A DNA stretch of 64,000 nucleotides from Candidatus Eiseniibacteriota bacterium (GTDB lineage Bacteria > Eisenbacteria > RBG-16-71-46 > JABDJR01 > JAWXBZ01): assembly GCA_034440375.1 (NCBI GenBank), contig JAWXBZ010000235.1, positions 1 to 64,000 of the forward strand. The letters are read 5' to 3'. The notes under the pieces were generated by a model. It searched no databases. It saw only the letters and a program-made list of their open reading frames with translations, and had not been told where the DNA came from. A program made the position numbers and the translations under genes. Shown here piece after piece: positions 41,713-50,523 of the stretch. Position 1 is the first letter of the stretch. Each line of letters opens with the position of its first letter.

Positions 41713-41741
41713 AGAATAGCTATATTTATTAGGCCTGTCAA
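41713..41741 (-). promoter_or_regulatory. leaderless sigma70 promoter of the TA operon, with short palindromes
   Basis: TTGACA-17 nt-TATTCT-6 nt-ATG. Inverted repeat GCTA-N3-TAGC covers the -10 box. Confidence 0.8.
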
Positions 41742-41762
41742 GCCTGATTAGACGGTGCCTGG

Positions 41763-43331
41763 TCATCGTTCCGCCCCCTCCCGATCCAGGCACCGATACT
41801 GAATGGCCTCCGCCACCTGTGCCGACGACAGCATGTCGGCGCCGGCCATGTCGGCGATCGTTCGCGCCACCTTGAGAACGCGCCGGTGGGCGCGGGCCGA
41901 CAGTCCGAAGCGTTCCATGGCCCGGCGGAGGAGGTCGGTGGCGGCCAGATCGGTGGCACAGTATTGGTCGGTCTCATCGTGTGACATGCGAGCGTTGATC
42001 GGTGGACGGGGGCGCGCCAATGATTGCGCGGCCGCGGCAAGGCGGATCGTCTGGATTTCCCTCGCCGCGGCCACCCGCTCCCGGATCGGCAGCGAGGGCT
42101 CGCCACGCTCGCGCGAGGCCAGGTCGTCGAAGGCCACCGGCGGCAACTCGAGGTGCAGGTCGAAGCGATCCAGCAGCGGCCCGGAAACCCGGGCGCGATA
42201 GGCGCGGATTTCACGATCCGAGCAGAGACACCGGCGGCGCGAGTCGCCCAGGTGGCCGCAGGCGCAGGGGTTCATGGCGCCGACGATCATGGCGTCGGCG
42301 GGGTAACGAACGTTGAGCATCGAGCGGCTGACGCGGACGAAGCCCTCCTCCAGCGGCTGACGCAGGGCCTCGAGAACGTTGCGGCGAAACTCGGGGAGTT
42401 CGTCCAGGAAGAGCACGCCACCGTGAGCCAGCGAGAGTTCTCCCGGCAGGGCCCGTGGGCCGCCCCCGATCAGTCCGGAGTCGGAGATCGTGTGGTGGGG
42501 CGATCGGAACGGGCGATCGAGCATCAGTGGCCGGCCGAAGGGCAATCGCCCCGCCACGGAGTGAATGCGGGTGACGACGAGCGCCTCATCCAGGGCCAGC
42601 GACGGCAGAATCGTCGGCAGGCGCCGGGCGAGCATCGTCTTTCCCGAGCCTGGCGGGCCAACGAACAGAATGTTGTGGCCTCCGGCCGCCGCTACTTCGA
42701 TGGCCCGCCGGGCCGGCAGTTGGCCGCGCACATCACCCATGTCCAGGTGACTGTCGCGACGGGAAACGTGGGCCCATTCCCCGTCCGGAAGGGAACTCGG
42801 CTCCGGCCCGGATTCGAGCAGCCAGTCGAGCGCCTCGCGCAGCGTGGCCAGCGGCACCAGCGGGATGCTCTTCGCGAGCGCGGCCTCGCTTCGGTTTCCC
42901 AGGGGAAGAAGAAAGGAGCGGGCGCCCATACCGACACCCATCATGGCCATCGACAGGACGCCACGAACCGGCCGGATGGATCCGTCAAGCGCCAACTCGC
43001 CGGTGGCCAGGAATGGACCGTTCCGAATCAGGTCTTTCGGACGGCGGCCGTTGTCGGTGGCGGCCAGGAGTGCCAGGCTGATCGGCAGGTCGTAGGCGGT
43101 GCCGGATTTTCGAACATCCGCGGGGGCCAGGTTCACCGTGATGCGGCCGGAGGGGAAGCGAAGGCCGGAATTCTTGAAGGCAGCCTGGATCCGTTCGCGG
43201 CTTTCCCGGACGGCCATGTCGGGGAGGCCCACGATGGTGAAGACCGGCAATCCCGGTGCCACATCGACTTCGACGTCGACCGGTCGGGCTTCGATGCCGG
43301 CCAGTGTTGCGGAAAGAACGCGCGCCAGCAT
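41763..43331 (-). CDS. comM: ComM/YifB Mg-chelatase-like AAA+ ATPase
   Basis: Motifs VGLPD..RESRERI, NLAPAD, GPPGSGKTM, RSPHHT, FLDELPEF, NPCACG, SGPLLDRFD and VARTIAD. Confidence 0.93.
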   Translation of the reverse strand: MLARVLSATLAGIEARPVDVEVDVAPGLPVFTIVGLPDMAVRESRERIQAAFKNSGLRFPSGRITVNLAPADVRKSGTAYDLPISLALLAATDNGRRPKDLIRNGPFLATGELALDGSIRPVRGVLSMAMMGVGMGARSFLLPLGNRSEAALAKSIPLVPLATLREALDWLLESGPEPSSLPDGEWAHVSRRDSHLDMGDVRGQLPARRAIEVAAAGGHNILFVGPPGSGKTMLARRLPTILPSLALDEALVVTRIHSVAGRLPFGRPLMLDRPFRSPHHTISDSGLIGGGPRALPGELSLAHGGVLFLDELPEFRRNVLEALRQPLEEGFVRVSRSMLNVRYPADAMIVGAMNPCACGHLGDSRRRCLCSDREIRAYRARVSGPLLDRFDLHLELPPVAFDDLASRERGEPSLPIRERVAAAREIQTIRLAAAAQSLARPRPPINARMSHDETDQYCATDLAATDLLRRAMERFGLSARAHRRVLKVARTIADMAGADMLSSAQVAEAIQYRCLDREGAER

Positions 43332-43440
43332 GGTGATAATCTCCCTGGGGGGAGGCGGAATGGGGTGGGGGATGGGTCGAGCGGACGGGTCTCGACCGTA
43401 GCGTCCTTCGTTCCGACTCGTCAAGCATCAGGGAGATCCC

Positions 43441-44664
43441 GTGACGTTTAGTGATCCAGCCGCGCTCCGCGCTCGATTCCCCGCGCTGGCGGGCCAGACC
43501 ATCTACTTCGAAAATGCCGGCGGCTCGCAGCTGCCCGACGTCGTGATTGACGCCATGACCGACTATCTCCGGCATCACTACGTGCAGCTCGGCGCCGGAT
43601 ACCCCGCCTCCAGGGAGGCCACGCGAATCGTCGACGAGGCGCACGCGTTTGCACGGCGACTGGTCGGCACCGAGAACGGCCACGCCATCCTCGGTGCCTC
43701 CACGACCATCCTCCTGCGGATCCTGGCCGACTGCTACGCCGACATCCTGCCGCCAAAATCGGAGATCGTCATCAGTGAAGCGGGGCACGAGGCCAACATC
43801 AATCCCTGGCTGCGGCTGGAACGGGCCGGCCACGTCATCCGGTGGTGGCGGGTCGATCCAACCCGGGAGGACGCCCCGCTCTCGAGCCTCGACGCGTTGT
43901 TGAACGAGCACACCCGCCTGGTCGTGCTGCCGCAGGTATCGAACCTGCTTGGCGCCGTCACCGACGTGGCGGAAGTGGCCCGGCGTGCGCATCGGGTCGG
44001 CGCCCGCGTCGTTGTCGATGGCGTTGCATTCGCGGCCCACCGGCCCGTCGACGTGACGGACTGGGATGTCGACTGGTACGTCTTCTCAAACTACAAAGTA
44101 TACGGGCCGCACATGGCGGTCCTTTACGGGAGCGCCGCCGCCGTGGCCGAATTGACCGGCCCGAATCACTTCTTCATCCCGAAGGAGATGGTCCCGTACA
44201 AGTTCGAGCTCGGGGGATCCAATCACGAGGGATGCGCCGGGCTGGTCGCGCTGGGGCGATACCTGAACGTGGTGGCCGGTCGGCCGGAGGCGGATCCCTG
44301 TGACCGGGAGACCGTGGTGTCGGCATTTCAACGCATGGGTTCCCTCGAACTCCCGTTGCAGGCCCGCCTGATCAGCTGGCTGGCTGATCGCCCCGGCGTC
44401 CGGATCGTCGGGCCAGGAACCGCCGGCCCCGAGCGGGTCCCGGTGATCAGTTTCCGGGTGGCGGGGCGCGCCTCGGCCGAGATCTGCCGTGCCGTTGATG
44501 ACACCGGAGTCGCCATCCGATCGGGCCACATGTACGCGTATCGCCTTTGCCAGGCACTGGGGATCGACCCGGCCGACGGGGTCGTCCGCGTCAGCCTGCT
44601 CCACTACAACACCCTGGCCGAGGTGGATCGGCTGATCGAGGTCCTGGACGGTGTCCTCATCTGA
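43441..44664 (+). CDS. class V aminotransferase, cysteine desulfurase-like, lacking the catalytic Cys
   Basis: Motifs FENAGGSQ, HEANI.PW, VDGV, SNYKVYGPH and RVSLLHYNT. RSGHMYA replaces the SufS RxGHHCA motif. Confidence 0.85.
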   Translation: MTFSDPAALRARFPALAGQTIYFENAGGSQLPDVVIDAMTDYLRHHYVQLGAGYPASREATRIVDEAHAFARRLVGTENGHAILGASTTILLRILADCYADILPPKSEIVISEAGHEANINPWLRLERAGHVIRWWRVDPTREDAPLSSLDALLNEHTRLVVLPQVSNLLGAVTDVAEVARRAHRVGARVVVDGVAFAAHRPVDVTDWDVDWYVFSNYKVYGPHMAVLYGSAAAVAELTGPNHFFIPKEMVPYKFELGGSNHEGCAGLVALGRYLNVVAGRPEADPCDRETVVSAFQRMGSLELPLQARLISWLADRPGVRIVGPGTAGPERVPVISFRVAGRASAEICRAVDDTGVAIRSGHMYAYRLCQALGIDPADGVVRVSLLHYNTLAEVDRLIEVLDGVLI

Positions 44665-44786
44665 GCCGGTTTTCGGCCCCGGATCCCGTTGGAAGGGCCC
44701 GGCCGGGCTGGCCTCCCGGGGAACCCCAACCGGCAATTCGGGTTAAGGCCGGTTATCCCACGACCGGCCTCGAATTTCCGGTTAAA

Positions 44787-44816
44787 TTGACACTCCTCCA
44801 TCGCAGGAAGTAAGCT
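44787..44816 (+). promoter_or_regulatory. sigma70 promoter of the TPR-PPIase-iscS-mnmA unit
   Basis: TTGACA-18 nt-TAAGCT. Confidence 0.6.
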
Positions 44817-44905
44817 TTCCCCTTCATTTTATGGCTGATGGGCGCGCGAGCGCCGAATGGAGCGTTGATGTGTCCAACCTACTACTGCTGACAGGTAATC
44901 GACCG

Positions 44906-45706
44906 ATGACAACAAGTCGTGCGGAGTCCCTTGCGGGACGTTTCTACTGGGTGCCACTGCTTCTCATTGCCGGTCTTCTGGCTGTGGATCAGGTCAAGGG
45001 ACCGGTTTTCCACCCCACGCCCGGCAAGAAACCACGGTTGCCGAAGAGTTCTGCCGCGGCGGCGGCTACCCTGGACCGTGAAGACCCGCGGGCGGATGCA
45101 ACATCCACGCTCACCGCCGCTCCGGACCTTCTATCCCAGGACGAGCGGGTCGGCGGGCTTCTTTCCGGCTCGGGCAGCCCCGATGAGGCCACCAAGAAGG
45201 TCGATGGAATCCGTACTCAACTGGCGGTCAACCCCAGGGATTATCGCCTGCACTATGAACTGGGCAACGCCCTGTATGATGCGGGCGACCAGCCGGCGGC
45301 CATTTCGGCCTACCGGAAGGCGATCGAGATCAACCCGAAGTTCGTCAAGGCTTATGTCAACCTTGGCGAGACATTGCGTGAGCGCGGCGATCTGAAGGAA
45401 GCCGTGACATCCCTCGAAACCGCGCTCGCACTGGACGACAAGAGCGATGTGGCTCACGCCGCGCTTGGATTCGCCTACTACACCGACAGGAAATATCCCG
45501 ACGCCATGAGTCAATTCAAGACGGCGTTGACGCTCAATCCCAAGTCCGTTCACGCCACGTACTACATGGGGATGGCCTTTGCCGACGCGCAGATTTATCG
45601 TGAGGCCATCACCTGGTGGGAAAAGGTCTGCGACATCGACCCGAACTCGGATGCCTGTCTCGAGGCTCGGGAAAACGTCAATCTGTTGAAGAGAATCGTC
45701 AACTGA
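44906..45706 (+). CDS. membrane-anchored TPR protein
   Basis: N-terminal hydrophobic segment and about 4 TPRs (HYELGNALY, AYVNLG, AHAALGFAYY). Confidence 0.82.
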   Translation: MTTSRAESLAGRFYWVPLLLIAGLLAVDQVKGPVFHPTPGKKPRLPKSSAAAAATLDREDPRADATSTLTAAPDLLSQDERVGGLLSGSGSPDEATKKVDGIRTQLAVNPRDYRLHYELGNALYDAGDQPAAISAYRKAIEINPKFVKAYVNLGETLRERGDLKEAVTSLETALALDDKSDVAHAALGFAYYTDRKYPDAMSQFKTALTLNPKSVHATYYMGMAFADAQIYREAITWWEKVCDIDPNSDACLEARENVNLLKRIVN

Positions 45707-45753
45707 GGCCGCCGGGGCGCCTCGTGGTTGATATCCCGAAAGGAGTTCCACTC

Positions 45754-46662
45754 ATGACCCGTTTCAGGCCCCGTTGCCGCATCTTCATAGCGGCATGGCT
45801 CCTCGTTGCAGCCGTTTTGCCGATCCTGGGCCACGCGGCAACCGCCGACGACATTCAAAAGGATATCGACGAGGGGCGGCTGATCAAGGCGCTGGAGGCG
45901 GCAACGCTCCTCTGCGCCTCCGCGCCCGTCGACTGCCGGGCCTGGCGTCTTCTTGGCGATGCCAACCGCAAGCTGACACGGGTCGGGGCGGCGGGCCAGG
46001 CGTACCGGACCGGAATCGAGGCCTGCCCCGAGGACAAGGAACTTCTCCGCACGTTTGGATTGATGCTTGAGGAGTCGGAACAGTACGAGGAGGCTGCCCG
46101 CATCCTCTCCCGCTACTGGGCCCTCGACACGAGCGACCCCTCGGTCGGGTCCCGTCTCGGTGCCGCCTGTTATCGGGCCGGAAAGTGCAACGAAGGTCGC
46201 CTCGCGTATGACGCGCTACTTCTGGCGCATCCGGAAAGATCAAGCGATCGGCTGGCCTACGCACAGTTGCTGTCACGCGTCTGCCATGACCTCCCGGCCG
46301 CCCGGGCCCAGTTCGAAAAGCTCATGGTTGAGCGACCCAATGATCCGTCCGTACTTTGCGCCTGGGTTTACGCGCTGGCCGATGCCGGGCAAGCGGACGA
46401 GGCGGCGAAAGTGGCGGCCGGCGGGTTGACTGCGGCCGGCGGTTCGGCCGGCTGTCTGTATGCCGCGTGGGGTCGTGCGCTGGAGAGCGCGGCGGACAGT
46501 CTGATGATCAAGGGTCAGGTCGAGGAGGCTCGCGCCCGCTATCTGGAGGCACTCGATCCGCTGAGCAAGGGAACCACCGACCCCGTTTTCGGCACGTACT
46601 GCGAGGCCATTCTGGCACAGGTCAAGTACAAGGAATCGCCGATGGAGGAGCTCAAGCCATGA
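45754..46662 (+). CDS. secreted Cys-rich TPR-like protein
   Basis: Signal peptide (…GHAA), TPR-like helices and several Cys; AAGGAG RBS. Confidence 0.78.
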   Translation: MTRFRPRCRIFIAAWLLVAAVLPILGHAATADDIQKDIDEGRLIKALEAATLLCASAPVDCRAWRLLGDANRKLTRVGAAGQAYRTGIEACPEDKELLRTFGLMLEESEQYEEAARILSRYWALDTSDPSVGSRLGAACYRAGKCNEGRLAYDALLLAHPERSSDRLAYAQLLSRVCHDLPAARAQFEKLMVERPNDPSVLCAWVYALADAGQADEAAKVAAGGLTAAGGSAGCLYAAWGRALESAADSLMIKGQVEEARARYLEALDPLSKGTTDPVFGTYCEAILAQVKYKESPMEELKP

Positions 46663-47276
46663 CGAAGCGCCACCCGCTACCCGTCGTCGCGCTCCTTCTG
46701 GCGCTCGGATTCGGATTCGCTCTGAATATCGCCGCGCCGGGGAGCGCCGACGCGCAGATCATCTCCAACAAGAAGGAGACGGCCACCCTGGAAACCGCCT
46801 TCGGCAAGATTGTGGTCGAATTTTACGAGGACACCGCGCCGAAGCATGTGGCGTCCTTCAAGAAGAATGTCCGGACCGGCGTTTATGACGGGACGAGCAT
46901 CTTCAAGATCGTCCCGGGCTTCGTCATCATGGGCGGCGATCCGTTCACCAAGGACAAGAGCGCCGCCAATGACGGTTGGGGCGGGTTTGGTCCGCCGATC
47001 CCCAATGAATTCAACACCACTCACAAGAATGTGCGCGGCGCCCTCGGCGCCCCGCGGAAGCCGGACGCCGTGAATCCGGACAAGTCGGGAAATGGTTTCC
47101 AGTTCTATATTGCCCTGGCGGACCTCCCCTCGCTGGATGCCTCACAACACACGGTCTTTGGCCGCGTCATCTCCGGGATGGACGTGGTCGACCGGATTGC
47201 CGGCATGGCTCGTGATGACAAGGGTGCACCGAAAGACAAGGTCGAGTTCAAGAAGTTCTATCTCGAACGGAAATAA
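46659..47276 (+). CDS. secreted cyclophilin-type PPIase with atypical active-site residues
   Basis: Signal peptide; APKHV..F, YDGTSIFKIVPGFVIMGGDP, QFYI and HTVFGRVISGMDVVD. Confidence 0.85.
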   Translation: MTKRHPLPVVALLLALGFGFALNIAAPGSADAQIISNKKETATLETAFGKIVVEFYEDTAPKHVASFKKNVRTGVYDGTSIFKIVPGFVIMGGDPFTKDKSAANDGWGGFGPPIPNEFNTTHKNVRGALGAPRKPDAVNPDKSGNGFQFYIALADLPSLDASQHTVFGRVISGMDVVDRIAGMARDDKGAPKDKVEFKKFYLERK

Positions 47277-47284
47277 CTCGATCC

Positions 47285-48454
47285 GTGTTCGGAGAATATC
47301 TCGACCATAATGCCGCCGCGCCGCTACGCCCGGAGGTCCTGGGGGCGCTTATGCTGGCGATGGAGCAGCAGCAGGCCAATCCCGGAAGCGCCCATGGCGC
47401 CGGGCGGTTCTGGCGTCGGCGAATCGACGCGGCACGCCGCGAAGTGGCCGGGCTTGTCGGCGCGCAACCGCATGAAATCGTCCTGACCGGTTCCGGAACC
47501 GAAGCCTGTTTCCTGGCGCTTCACGGTGTGATCGAAGCGGCGCGCACCCGTAGCGTGGAGCCGCCGCTTGTGCTGGCAACACCCATCGAGCATGCGGCCA
47601 TTCGCGAGCCTCTGTGTGCCATGGCGGCGCGGGGCACGATCCGGCTTCTCCTGTGCCCGGTTGGCGCCTCCGGCCGCGTGGATGCCGATTGGTTCGCGGA
47701 TCATCTGACACAAATTCCGGTCCTGGTCGTCTGCCAGTGGGCCAACAACGAGACGGGTGTCATCCAGCCGGTACTCGAGGTGGCCGATCTGTGTCGGGCG
47801 CATGAAACGAGGCTCCTGGTCGACGCCGTTCAATGGGCCGGCCGCGGACCCATTGATCTGACCGCCCAGCCGATCGATCTGCTGGTCCTCTCCTCACCCA
47901 AGCTCGGCGGCCCGACGGGCGCCGGCGCGCTGTTCATCCGCGAGGGATTGGCGCTCGAGCCGTACCTGGTCGCAGGCAAACAGGAGGGGGGCCTTCGTGG
48001 TGGTACGGAAAACAGTCTCGGCTGGATCGGTTTCGGCGCGGCGGCCGCGGCGGCTCGCGAGACGTGGGCGGCGGAGGTCGCTCACGAAGCGCCTCTCACG
48101 GCCCGCCTGGTGGAGCAGGTCCTGGCCCGGGTTCCCGGCGCCCGCCTGGCCGGCGATGGATCGACCCGCATCGCCAATACGGCTCAATTCCTCGTGCCGC
48201 ACGACGACGAGGAGATGCTCATCCTGGCGCTCGACCGGCTGGGGTACGCGGTTTCAGCCGGCTCGGCCTGCGCGGCGGGTGCCCACGAGCGCTCCCATGT
48301 GCTCCGTGCCATGGGCCTTCTCGAGCCTGGCTTCGCCTCGGTCCGCGTGTCGATCGGATCGGGCACGACCGCCCGTGCCATCGACGATTTTGTGACCGCG
48401 CTCTGCACTGGCATCCAGGCCGCCCGGCCGGATGAGGCGGAGGTGGCCCGATGA
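47285..48454 (+). CDS. iscS: cysteine desulfurase (IscS/NifS group)
   Basis: Motifs YLDHNA, ANNETG, DAVQ, SSPKLGGP, RGGTEN and SAGSAC. Confidence 0.85.
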   Translation: MFGEYLDHNAAAPLRPEVLGALMLAMEQQQANPGSAHGAGRFWRRRIDAARREVAGLVGAQPHEIVLTGSGTEACFLALHGVIEAARTRSVEPPLVLATPIEHAAIREPLCAMAARGTIRLLLCPVGASGRVDADWFADHLTQIPVLVVCQWANNETGVIQPVLEVADLCRAHETRLLVDAVQWAGRGPIDLTAQPIDLLVLSSPKLGGPTGAGALFIREGLALEPYLVAGKQEGGLRGGTENSLGWIGFGAAAAAARETWAAEVAHEAPLTARLVEQVLARVPGARLAGDGSTRIANTAQFLVPHDDEEMLILALDRLGYAVSAGSACAAGAHERSHVLRAMGLLEPGFASVRVSIGSGTTARAIDDFVTALCTGIQAARPDEAEVAR

Positions 48455-49536
48455 GCAAGGGACTCGTGGTCGTGGCCATGTCCGGCGGCGTTGACAGCGC
48501 GGTGGCCGCTGCGTTGCTGCGTCAGGATGGATACGATGTGTACGGCGTCACGATGAAGCTCTGGTGCTACCAGCGCGAAGCACCGACGGCCAAAGCCTGC
48601 TGCTCGATGGCCGCCATCGGCGAGGCCCGCGCCACGGCGGTTGTCCTGGGTATCGAGCACGCCGTGGTCGATCTCGAGGAGCAGTTCGAAGCTCATGTCA
48701 TCGGCCCCTTCGCCGAGGACTATCGAGAGGGGCGGACGCCAAACCCCTGTGTGAACTGCAACACCTTCATCAAGTTCGGCACGCTGCTCGAGAAGGCCCG
48801 TCGCCTCGGCGCGGGCTGGGTGGCCACCGGCCACTACGCCCTCATGGAGCATGGTGCCGGGGGGCCTGTCCTGAAGCGCGGCATCGACGCCAGCAAGGAT
48901 CAGTCGTACGCGCTGTGGGGCTTGAACCGCAAACGCCTGGACAAGGTCCTGATGCCTCTCGGCGCGCTGACCAAGTCGGAAGTTCGGGAAATGGCCCGTG
49001 CCCTGAAACTCCCCGTGGCCGACAAGCCGGAAAGCATGGACATCTGTTTCGTCGAGGGTGGCCACTACGCCGATTTCCTCGTGAACCGCCTTGGCGCCTT
49101 CGCCCAGGCCGAGCCCGGCCCAATGGTGGACCAGGCCGGCCAGGTCGTTGGACAGCATCAGGGCGTCATGCGCTACACCGTGGGTCAGCGAAAGGGCCTC
49201 GGCCTCGCGCGCCCCGAGCCGACTTTCGTCGTGGGTATCGACGCCGCCACGAACACGCTGACCGTCGGGGAGGAGAGCGACTTGTATCGAAGCGCCTTCC
49301 ACGCCGGCCGCGCCAACTTCGTCTCGATCGATGTTCCCACGTCGCCGATCCAGGTGGACATTCGCGTCCGCCATCGCGGCCGTGCCGTTCCCGGCACCGT
49401 GACGCCGGAAGGCTTCGGCCGCCTCCGCATCGAACTCAGCGAACCCGAGCGCGCCATCACGCCGGGTCAGTCGGCGGTGTTTTATGATGGTGAGGTGCTT
49501 GTGGGCGGGGCGCTGATCGAGACGGCGATCGGCTGA
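48451..49536 (+). CDS. mnmA: tRNA 2-thiouridine(34) synthase
   Basis: Motifs AMSGGVDS, TPNPCVNCN, ATGHYA, KDQSY, ESMDICF, TVGQRKG and TPGQSAVFY. Confidence 0.96.
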   Translation: MSKGLVVVAMSGGVDSAVAAALLRQDGYDVYGVTMKLWCYQREAPTAKACCSMAAIGEARATAVVLGIEHAVVDLEEQFEAHVIGPFAEDYREGRTPNPCVNCNTFIKFGTLLEKARRLGAGWVATGHYALMEHGAGGPVLKRGIDASKDQSYALWGLNRKRLDKVLMPLGALTKSEVREMARALKLPVADKPESMDICFVEGGHYADFLVNRLGAFAQAEPGPMVDQAGQVVGQHQGVMRYTVGQRKGLGLARPEPTFVVGIDAATNTLTVGEESDLYRSAFHAGRANFVSIDVPTSPIQVDIRVRHRGRAVPGTVTPEGFGRLRIELSEPERAITPGQSAVFYDGEVLVGGALIETAIG

Positions 49537-49605
49537 TCCGGCCGCCCTTCCGCGGTTGTCGGGCCGCCCCGCCATCTGCTAGCCTTTCCGGCCTTGACTT
49601 CCTGC

Positions 49606-49695
49606 GGAGGGGTGACCGAGCGGCTCAAGGTGGCACCCTGCTAAGGTGTTTATCGGGAAACTGATACGTGGGTTCGAATCCCACCCCCTCCGCCA
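49606..49695 (+). tRNA. tRNA-Ser(GCT)
   Basis: Acceptor GGAGGGG/CCCCTCC-G-CCA, anticodon arm GCACC-CTGCTAA-GGTGT, long variable arm, and T arm GTGGGTTCGAATCCCAC. Confidence 0.95.
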
Positions 49696-49764
49696 GTTGG
49701 ACCTGCCCGGCCCAACCGGTCTTGAGCCAGGTGGGTCAGCGAGTGGGCGGCCTTCGCGCCCTGG

Positions 49765-50392
49765 TCAACCTCTTGCGGTGGTCTCCGCCGGCAGCCTGGC
49801 CCGCCACTCCGCCGCCTGTCGCGGACGTCCTGTCTGTTCGTATATCGTCACGAACGACCGGACGGCCTGCTTGATGCCGCGTCCCTCGGGATCCAGATGT
49901 ACGATGATGGCGTAGGCTTCACGAAGCGGATCTTCGGCTTCGGCGTACCGCTTCATGGCCACGAGCGCCTCGGCATAGGATTGAAGGATGACGCCCCGTC
50001 CGAAGAAACCGGTGGGAAGAACTTTTCGCGTGGTGACCGATGCCCGGCGCAGTATCAGTTCCGCTTCATCGAGCTTTCCCTGCTTGATGAGCAGGCGGCC
50101 CAGGTTGCTCATGGCCGGCAGCGTGTTCGGGTGCTCGTCGCCCAGCAACTGGCGGCTGACCTCATACCCTTCGCGATACAAGGGCTCGGCTTCGGCGCGT
50201 CGATCCGTCTGCATGTAGAGGACGGCCAGGTTGTTGATGGAGTCCATCGTATCCAGGTGATCGTTGCCCAGGACCTTGCGGCGCAGCGCCAGCGTCCGGA
50301 CGCAGAGCGATTCCGCCTCGGCATACCGCCCAACTTGCCAATGACCCGGTACGGGCCGATCGTTTCGCGGGTCCGGGTGGGGTCCGACGCAT
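49765..50392 (-). pseudogene. internally deleted Ser/Thr kinase-TPR gene
   Basis: The kinase start ETIGPYRVIGKLG is joined out of frame near 50331 to KLC-type TPRs (GRYAEAE..VLGNDHLDT..INNLA, LGDEHPNT). Confidence 0.75.
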
Positions 50393-50523
50393 GATGTCTG
50401 TCAGGCTCTTGATCGGGCCGGATTCTATCAGGGGAGCGGCGGCGGCTGAACAGGTTGCCAGCCTGTTGCTATCATCCCGGCCGACCCGTCCGCTTGTTTC
50501 CATCTCCGGAGTCCTTTCGAATC

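Noticed and set aside
41763-43331. comM interrupted by a mobile element (a known hotspot)
   Set aside because: The reading frame is intact and full length.
49606-49760. tRNA-Ser as the attachment site of an integrated element
   Set aside because: I found no integrase and no duplicated tRNA 3' end in the window.
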